A model generated the notes under the pieces. It had not been told where the DNA came from and ran no database searches. It saw nothing but the letters and a program-made list of their open reading frames with translations. A program made the translations under genes and the position numbers. DNA of 42,440 nt from Saprospiraceae bacterium (GTDB taxonomy: Bacteria; Bacteroidota; Bacteroidia; Chitinophagales; Saprospiraceae), in NCBI GenBank assembly GCA_007125435.1, contig SLDF01000316.1:1-42440 (forward strand), in the 5' to 3' direction. This document shows positions 37,186-42,440 of this stretch, in pieces. Positions within the stretch are counted from its first letter, which is position 1; each line of letters opens with the position of its first letter.

Positions 37186-37316
37186 TGCATCAGCGATGTG
37201 AAAGGGTGGCGACGGCAGGAGCCAGACTCTGCGTAGCGATAGTGGAGCAGAGGCCGACCGATTAGGGAGCCCTGTAACGTAGCGACCCGACGACGACAGG
37301 AGGAGGGTGATGCCCA
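37186..37316 (+). repeat. Interspersed repeat family 2, copy E (131 bp)
   Basis: It runs TGCATCAGCGATGTG...GTAGCGACCCGACGACGACAGGAGGAGGGTGATGCCCA. Its 3' half is near-identical to copy A. Confidence 0.85.
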
Positions 37317-37556
37317 AAACAAAAATAAATAAACCTACTGTATGCTCTAACTGAGATAATGACAACTCATTACTTTTAGCCCATTGCTACAACAGGAATG
37401 CTGAATAGATAGCGTTGTCTATGAAAGTAAAAGCAAAGTGTAAGGAGCTAAGAAAGATGGCATTCTTATCAATTATATTACACACGATTTTTCCTGAATT
37501 GGCACTTTAGCCTTACATTTCGGATCAGTACGAAGCAAAGAAATAATGTAAATCAT

Positions 37557-38312
37557 ATGAAAAAAGGGTATTACGTTCTGTTCTTATTTTTAGCGATCGC
37601 ATCTTCATGCCACCGGCATATCCATCTGGCCAATATTGAGCGCACACAATACACTGTGGGCAAAGATACTGATGGATTGGAGGCGAATCAAGAGTTGATC
37701 GACATGATCTCGCCTTATAAAGCGGCTCTTGACGAGGAGATGAACACATTGATAGGAACCATGAACCGTACAATGTATAAACGCAAGCCGGAATCAGAGA
37801 TGACCAATTGGCTAGGTGATGTGCTGTATAGGCAGGCTAGCGAGGTCTCCGGACAGCAAATAGACTTTGCTATAATGAATTATGGGGGTATTCGTCTGCC
37901 ACAGATTCAGGAAGGAGAGATCAAGACCGGGACGATATTTGAGCTCATGCCATTTGATAATTATGTAGTGATTCTGGAGTTGGATGGGCGAACTGTCAGG
38001 TCTCTATTTGACAAAATAGCTGCTGCGGGCGGTGGATGGCCGGTAAGTAAGCACGTCTTATTGGTCATAGATGATAGAAAGGTCGACAAATTACTGATTG
38101 GTGGCAAGACAATTGAAGATGACCGAATATACAGCATGGTCACTTCTGACTTCCTGGCTGATGCCGGAGATGGTCTCAGCATGTTGCCGGATCAGACCAG
38201 ATACGAGTTTGATTTACTCATCAGAGACGCCATAATAAAAGATGTCAAAGAGATGACCAGTAAAGAAGGATCTGTCACATCTTCATCTTCAGGTAGAATC
38301 ATCCAAAAATAA
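37557..38312 (+). CDS. 5'-nucleotidase C-terminal (substrate-binding) domain lipoprotein (251 aa)
   Basis: It has a lipoprotein-like N-terminus (LFLAIASSC) and UshA C-terminal-domain-like motifs (MNYGGIR, GTIFELMPFDN, SDFLADAGDG). Confidence 0.8.
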   Translation: MKKGYYVLFLFLAIASSCHRHIHLANIERTQYTVGKDTDGLEANQELIDMISPYKAALDEEMNTLIGTMNRTMYKRKPESEMTNWLGDVLYRQASEVSGQQIDFAIMNYGGIRLPQIQEGEIKTGTIFELMPFDNYVVILELDGRTVRSLFDKIAAAGGGWPVSKHVLLVIDDRKVDKLLIGGKTIEDDRIYSMVTSDFLADAGDGLSMLPDQTRYEFDLLIRDAIIKDVKEMTSKEGSVTSSSSGRIIQK

Positions 38313-38319
38313 AAGAGCC

Positions 38320-39240
38320 ATGAAAAGAAGACAGTTTATAAAAACCGCAGGATTGACAACCGGAGCTATATTGACAGGCAGCTTACCACTGGCAGCCATG
38401 CCAAAAGAAAAACTCTTGCACCTCACCATACTCCACACCAATGATACACACTCTAGGATAGAACCATTCCCAATGGATGGTGGTAAATATCAAGGACTTG
38501 GTGGCGTAGAGCCAAGAAGCCGTCTTATAGACAAGATAAGACGTGAGGTCGATAATGTATTACTCTTGGATGCAGGGGATTTCTGCCAGGGTACGCCGTA
38601 TTTCAATCTTTTTGACGGAGAGCTCGAGGTGAGATTGATGTCAAAGCTCGGATACGATGCCGGCGTACCGGGCAACCACGACTTCGATAAAGGTATAGAC
38701 AACTTATCAAAGCAGCTGAAAGCGCATGCAAACTTTCCTCTTATTGCCTCTAATTATGATCTAAGCCGGACATCGTTAAAGGATATAGTGCTCCCCAGAC
38801 ATGTCATACAAAAGGGCGATATTAAAATAGGCTTAGTGGGGGCCGGTATTGTATTGGATGGTCTAGTCACACCTATGATGTATGGCGATGTAAAGTTTCT
38901 GGATACTGTAGAGACTGTAGATAAGCAAGCCGAAATCTTAAAAAATGAAGAAAAATGTGACCTCGTAGTTTGTCTATCTCATCTTGGCTACGCTTATCAA
39001 TCAGACCGCATGTCGGATGTCGTCTTGGCTAAAGAAAGCCGGCACATAGATATCATCGTGGGCGGTCATACCCATACCTTCCTCGATGAGCCAACGATCA
39101 TAAAAAACAAACTGGATAAACCGGTATTTGTAAATCAAGCCGGATGGGCCGGTATCCAACTAGGCAGACTAGATATCACTATGGAAAGAAATAAAAAGGA
39201 TGTGTGTGTAAACTGCAAGAATTATTGGGTGAAGAGTTAG
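38320..39240 (+). CDS. Tat-exported metallophosphoesterase (5'-nucleotidase N-terminal catalytic domain, 306 aa)
   Basis: It has a twin-arginine signal (MKRRQFIKTAGLTTGAILTGSLPLAA). The calcineurin-like motifs are ILHTNDTHS, DAGDFCQGT, GNHDFD and GGHTHT. Confidence 0.85.
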   Translation: MKRRQFIKTAGLTTGAILTGSLPLAAMPKEKLLHLTILHTNDTHSRIEPFPMDGGKYQGLGGVEPRSRLIDKIRREVDNVLLLDAGDFCQGTPYFNLFDGELEVRLMSKLGYDAGVPGNHDFDKGIDNLSKQLKAHANFPLIASNYDLSRTSLKDIVLPRHVIQKGDIKIGLVGAGIVLDGLVTPMMYGDVKFLDTVETVDKQAEILKNEEKCDLVVCLSHLGYAYQSDRMSDVVLAKESRHIDIIVGGHTHTFLDEPTIIKNKLDKPVFVNQAGWAGIQLGRLDITMERNKKDVCVNCKNYWVKS

Positions 39241-39295
39241 GGTGTTTGTATCGGTTTAAGTTATCGTAATTGATTTTTATGGTTATTTTTGTCAA

Positions 39296-40337
39296 ATGAG
39301 ATATTTAGACCCCAAAAGCGATCTGGTATTTAAACGTGTATTCGGCGAACATGCCAATATTTTGATTAGCTTTCTAAATGCACTGCTTCCTTTGAGAGAA
39401 GATCAGGTAATAGAGAAGATAGATTATTTACCAACAGAATTACTCCCTGAAATTCCAATCTCGAAAAACTCTATTGTTGATGTCAGTTGCCAAGATAACT
39501 ACGGCAGACAGTTCATTGTGGAGATGCAAATGATATGGTCAGACAAATTTACCAGCCGCATGCTGTACAACGCTTCCAAAACCTATGTAAAACAATTAGA
39601 CATAGGAGCTGTGTACAAAAAACTCATGCCCGTTTATGCGCTGGCATTAGTAAATGAAAAGTTTGAAAAGGATAACGATGAGTTTTACCATCATTATCAG
39701 TTTACTCATCAGAGTATTCTCGAAAAAAAGCTAGATAACATTCATTTAATCTTCGTAGAGATACCTAAATTTAAGTCTTATAATTTTAGCCAAAGGAAAC
39801 TAATGGTCTTATGGCTACGTTTTATTTCAGAGACAAAACCCGCTTTATACAATAGAACTTTCTATTACGGCTTTAATTGGCTTCAAAATAAGGCGCTTCG
39901 CTTGATTTCGTTCAGTCACCGTAGGAGAGACTATGGCTCTTTCACGAAATCACTTATTTTATCGCCACTTAAACCCTCACTACGAAATTCCATCGTATAA
40001 AACGGGTTAAAAAGGAAACGAAATGCTCAATGACGAATTAATAAGGGAATTACAGACCGTCCCGGAAATAGCTCAGGCTCTAGAAATTGCAAAAGAGAGC
40101 GGTTATACCAAAGAAGAGCTCTTGGCATATGATAAGTTTTGGGACGCCACAAGAACCGAAAAAACACTGATCAGCGACGCTGAAGAGCGGGGTATTCAAA
40201 TCGGAGAAGAGCGGGGCATCACATCCGTCATTTTGAATGGAATAGACAAAGGACTTAGTATAGAGATGCTATCATCTTTAACGAACTTGTCAAAAGAAAA
40301 AATAGTAAGCATCCTCGAAGGTCATAAAGATAAGTAA
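39296..40337 (+). pseudogene. Rpn-family / PD-(D/E)XK putative transposase-nuclease gene interrupted by a family-1 MITE
   Basis: The N-terminal part (YLDPKSDLVFKRVFGE..., VDVSCQDNYGRQFIVEMQ) runs into repeat sequence and stops at 40000. The C-terminal part resumes at 40023-40337. Removing 39837-40008 (172 bp) joins the two in frame as ...LWLRFISETKKGNEMLNDELIREL... The restored ORF is 289 codons. Confidence 0.8.
39837..40008 (-). mobile_element. Family-1 MITE, short variant (172 bp), inserted in the Rpn-family gene
   Basis: The terminal inverted repeats are AACCCGCTTTATACAATAGAA and TTCCATCGTATAAAACGGGTT. The reverse complement aligns with the termini and central core of 10090-10401 (GGCGA.AAAATAAGTGATTT.GTGAA..AGCCATAGTC...CTACGGTGA.TGAACGAAATCAAGC.AAGCG.CTTATTTTGAAGCCA). 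It lacks that copy's inner arm pair and GC hairpin. Confidence 0.8.
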
Positions 40338-40342
40338 TTACC

Positions 40343-40882
40343 ATGACGGCATTCACCCTCATTGACCAAAAGGCTTTCAATCAATTAACCAAGGCATCTA
40401 ACCTATGGCTCATGGCTTCTGGTCTATGCTTTGCTGTCTATTTCTCAGTATTAAAAAAGATTGATAATGATATACTGTCGGTCTTTGTGGGTATTGGATT
40501 CTTGGCTACCACTGTTATATCTATGCTGTGGATAAGAAAAAGAGCATCAACATCTACAAAGGGCACCTTATCACTCAGTGATGAAGCCATTATCATTCAA
40601 AATAATATCAAAAGCTTAGAGCAGATATTTTATTTGAAAGACATTCGCAACATTACCTTAAAACACATTGGCCATATACCGGGTGCAGGGTCTTTCAAAG
40701 ACAACTTAGGTTATATGTTGGGCCGGCTAAAATATCCTACTTTGAGCTTTGTTGATCGACAAGGTCGATTACATACCTATAATTTTACCTTTGATTCATA
40801 TTATGCTCTTCAGCAAATTCAAAATTGGCAGAAGAGGTATACCAGTTCAACGGTCGTTGATACAGTATCTCAATCTTCATGA
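40343..40882 (+). CDS. Hypothetical membrane protein (179 aa)
   Basis: Two predicted TM helices are followed by a soluble domain of about 100 aa. It starts 5 nt after the Rpn-family stop. I do not recognise a family. Confidence 0.6.
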   Translation: MTAFTLIDQKAFNQLTKASNLWLMASGLCFAVYFSVLKKIDNDILSVFVGIGFLATTVISMLWIRKRASTSTKGTLSLSDEAIIIQNNIKSLEQIFYLKDIRNITLKHIGHIPGAGSFKDNLGYMLGRLKYPTLSFVDRQGRLHTYNFTFDSYYALQQIQNWQKRYTSSTVVDTVSQSS

Positions 40883-40982
40883 GATAAAAACTCTATAATC
40901 TTAGGTGCGAATGATATAACTAATTCTGAATGTCTTCGTTTATAATCCGTCTTATTTTCTCAACAATTAAACACAATGCCTT

Positions 40983-41432
40983 ATGTCTGTCAAAACCCTA
41001 ATTTATGGTATAACTATCCTGGGATTTTTAGCGTTGATTGCCACCACATTTCCATCTGGTAAACAAAATGGCGAGGATGGCATACAATTCTTTGAAGGCA
41101 GCTTGAGTGAAGCTCTAGCCAAAGCGGAGGAGGAAAATAAATTGGTGTTCATGGATGTCTATGCGACATGGTGTGGTCCATGCAAGGCATTGAAGCAGCG
41201 AACCTTCCCGGTCAAGGAAGTAGGAGATGTGTTTAATACCCACTTCATCAATGTAGCTATGGACGGCGAAAAAGGTGAAGGGCCGGAAATTGTCAAAAAG
41301 TACGGTGTGAGAGCTTATCCCACTTTATTATTTTTAAATCCCTCGGGTGAGGTAGTGTATCAGTTTAAAGGGTTTCGACCAGCAGCTGAGTTTTTGGCTA
41401 TAGCTAACCATGTCATAGAAAACAACAAATAG
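40983..41432 (+). CDS. Membrane-anchored or secreted thioredoxin-family protein (149 aa)
   Basis: It has an N-terminal hydrophobic segment, a WCGPC active site and a thioredoxin-fold pattern (YPTLLFL). Confidence 0.85.
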   Translation: MSVKTLIYGITILGFLALIATTFPSGKQNGEDGIQFFEGSLSEALAKAEEENKLVFMDVYATWCGPCKALKQRTFPVKEVGDVFNTHFINVAMDGEKGEGPEIVKKYGVRAYPTLLFLNPSGEVVYQFKGFRPAAEFLAIANHVIENNK

Positions 41433-41443
41433 ATAGGTACAAT

Positions 41444-41965
41444 TTACTTTTCATATAATTTGATAGGGACACCCAGGGTCAGCATAGCCGCACTTACTCT
41501 ATTGTCTTGAGGTCCTATATCTGATTGATAGCGCAGACCAAAACTAAAGTGTCGCATCCTTACGCGCAGTGCGGCGTAGAGTCCCTGCCCAAGACCATTT
41601 TGAAAATAACCGGCACTGATATAGGCACTTTCTCTTCCGTTCAATATGCCCTTGTGCAATCTGACTGATGGCCCGAATCCCACGTTTACACCATGAAAAT
41701 TGTCTTCTCCAATATTGTTATTCGCATAAAATGCATTGACCTCCACTCCCAGCGACTTATAATGGTAAAGGTAATTAACTCCGGCGGCTACAGTGGTGTA
41801 CGCAATCTTACCATCGAGAAAGCTTGACGGAAAAATATGCTGTAAGCCAGCCTCTATATCTAACATCATGGTGTTATTCTGGGCGCTGACTAAGGCACTA
41901 TTGCCTATAACACACACAACCAGACAAGTCGACAAAAAAGGAAGAAGTGATTTTTTCATGATCAT
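41444..41965 (-). CDS. Putative small outer-membrane beta-barrel protein (173 aa)
   Basis: It has a signal peptide ending in ...ALVSAQ and an alternating aromatic/Gly-rich beta-strand pattern. I do not recognise a family. Confidence 0.55.
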   Translation of the reverse strand: MIMKKSLLPFLSTCLVVCVIGNSALVSAQNNTMMLDIEAGLQHIFPSSFLDGKIAYTTVAAGVNYLYHYKSLGVEVNAFYANNNIGEDNFHGVNVGFGPSVRLHKGILNGRESAYISAGYFQNGLGQGLYAALRVRMRHFSFGLRYQSDIGPQDNRVSAAMLTLGVPIKLYEK

Positions 41966-42095
41966 CTGAATATTTTTCAGCCTGTAAATTAATCAAATAC
42001 AATCATATACGGCACTAATTTACAATTAAACGACAACAATTCACAGGTCCAGCTCTTTCAAATACTGTATTTTTACCTGCCAAAAATAAACAATA

Positions 42096-42386
42096 ATGAC
42101 ATTACTCACTACAGCACTGGGTCGTCTTAGATTAACAGCATGGATAGAGGGCACTACCTACCTTTTATTAGGCATCACCATGCCCCTCAAATATATCTAT
42201 GACATACCACAGCCCAATTATATCGTCGGCATGCTTCACGGGGTATTCTTCATTCTCTACTGCTTGCTTGTATTACAAGTAGCCTACAGGGACCGTTGGA
42301 AGCGACTTCATACCTTCTGGGCACTGCTGGCCTCCCTCATACCCTTTGGCACTTTTGTAGCGGAGTATAAGCTCTTTCGATATTAG
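42096..42386 (+). CDS. DUF3817-type small integral membrane protein (96 aa)
   Basis: It has three to four TM helices. The pattern LRLTAWIEGTTYLLL...PLKY...GMLHGVFFILY...FGTF is typical of this family. Confidence 0.75.
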   Translation: MTLLTTALGRLRLTAWIEGTTYLLLGITMPLKYIYDIPQPNYIVGMLHGVFFILYCLLVLQVAYRDRWKRLHTFWALLASLIPFGTFVAEYKLFRY

Positions 42387-42421
42387 GATGCTTAATAAGG
42401 CTATATTCTATTTTGTCGGTT

Positions 42422-42440
42422 TGGGCATCACCCTCCTCCT
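42422..42440 (-). repeat. Interspersed repeat family 2, copy F (truncated by the window end)
   Basis: TGGGCATCACCCTCCTCCT matches the reverse complement of the 3' end of copies A and E (AGGAGGAGGGTGATGCCCA). Confidence 0.7.

Noticed and set aside
23139-37556. Composite transposon or genomic island bounded by the inverted mosaics.
   Set aside because: I did not call it a mobile element. There is no transposase, integrase, tRNA target or direct-repeat junction. The right-hand satellite is only about 47 bp. The mirror image can be explained by outward-facing 3' ends. I kept it as a finding with that caveat.

Overview
This is a Bacteroidota-type chromosomal segment. The hallmarks are a T9SS C-terminal sorting domain with SprB-like repeats, a CarboxypepD_reg TonB-dependent receptor, LytS/LytTR two-component pairs, an ECF sigma operon and TAnnTTTG-type promoter boxes. 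I support about 31 protein-coding genes, two of them disrupted. I found no rRNA, tRNA or CRISPR array, and no transposase, integrase or phage genes. Recognisable products include an ECF sigma/anti-sigma/lipoprotein operon, two histidine kinase/LytTR regulator pairs, an aldehyde dehydrogenase, an amidohydrolase and an AddB-like PD-(D/E)XK nuclease. Others are DinB, MoeB-rhodanese, NlpE/META, HMG-CoA synthase, a di-haem peroxidase/cytochrome c/beta-barrel operon, an MBL-rhodanese protein, a split 5'-nucleotidase, a thioredoxin and DUF3817. The unusual part is the non-coding DNA, which holds at least four interspersed repeat families. Family 1 is a nested-palindrome MITE with 3 copies, one of which cleanly splits an Rpn-type nuclease gene. 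Family 2 is a roughly 135-bp TGCATCAGCG...GGGTGATGCCCA element with 6 copies. Family 3 (R3) has 2 inverted copies whose hairpins differ in sequence but keep their pairing. The fourth is a purine-rich AAGGTC/AAAGTC satellite. Two 1.37-kb gene-free tracts carry R3 plus satellite in partial mirror image around an 11.7-kb redox/sulfur gene block. A tandem pair of uncharacterised Gly-rich membrane proteins with Met/Gln-rich tails is the best protein-level candidate for something new. I see no defence or mobile system with recognisable enzymes. All functional readings of the repeats are inference.
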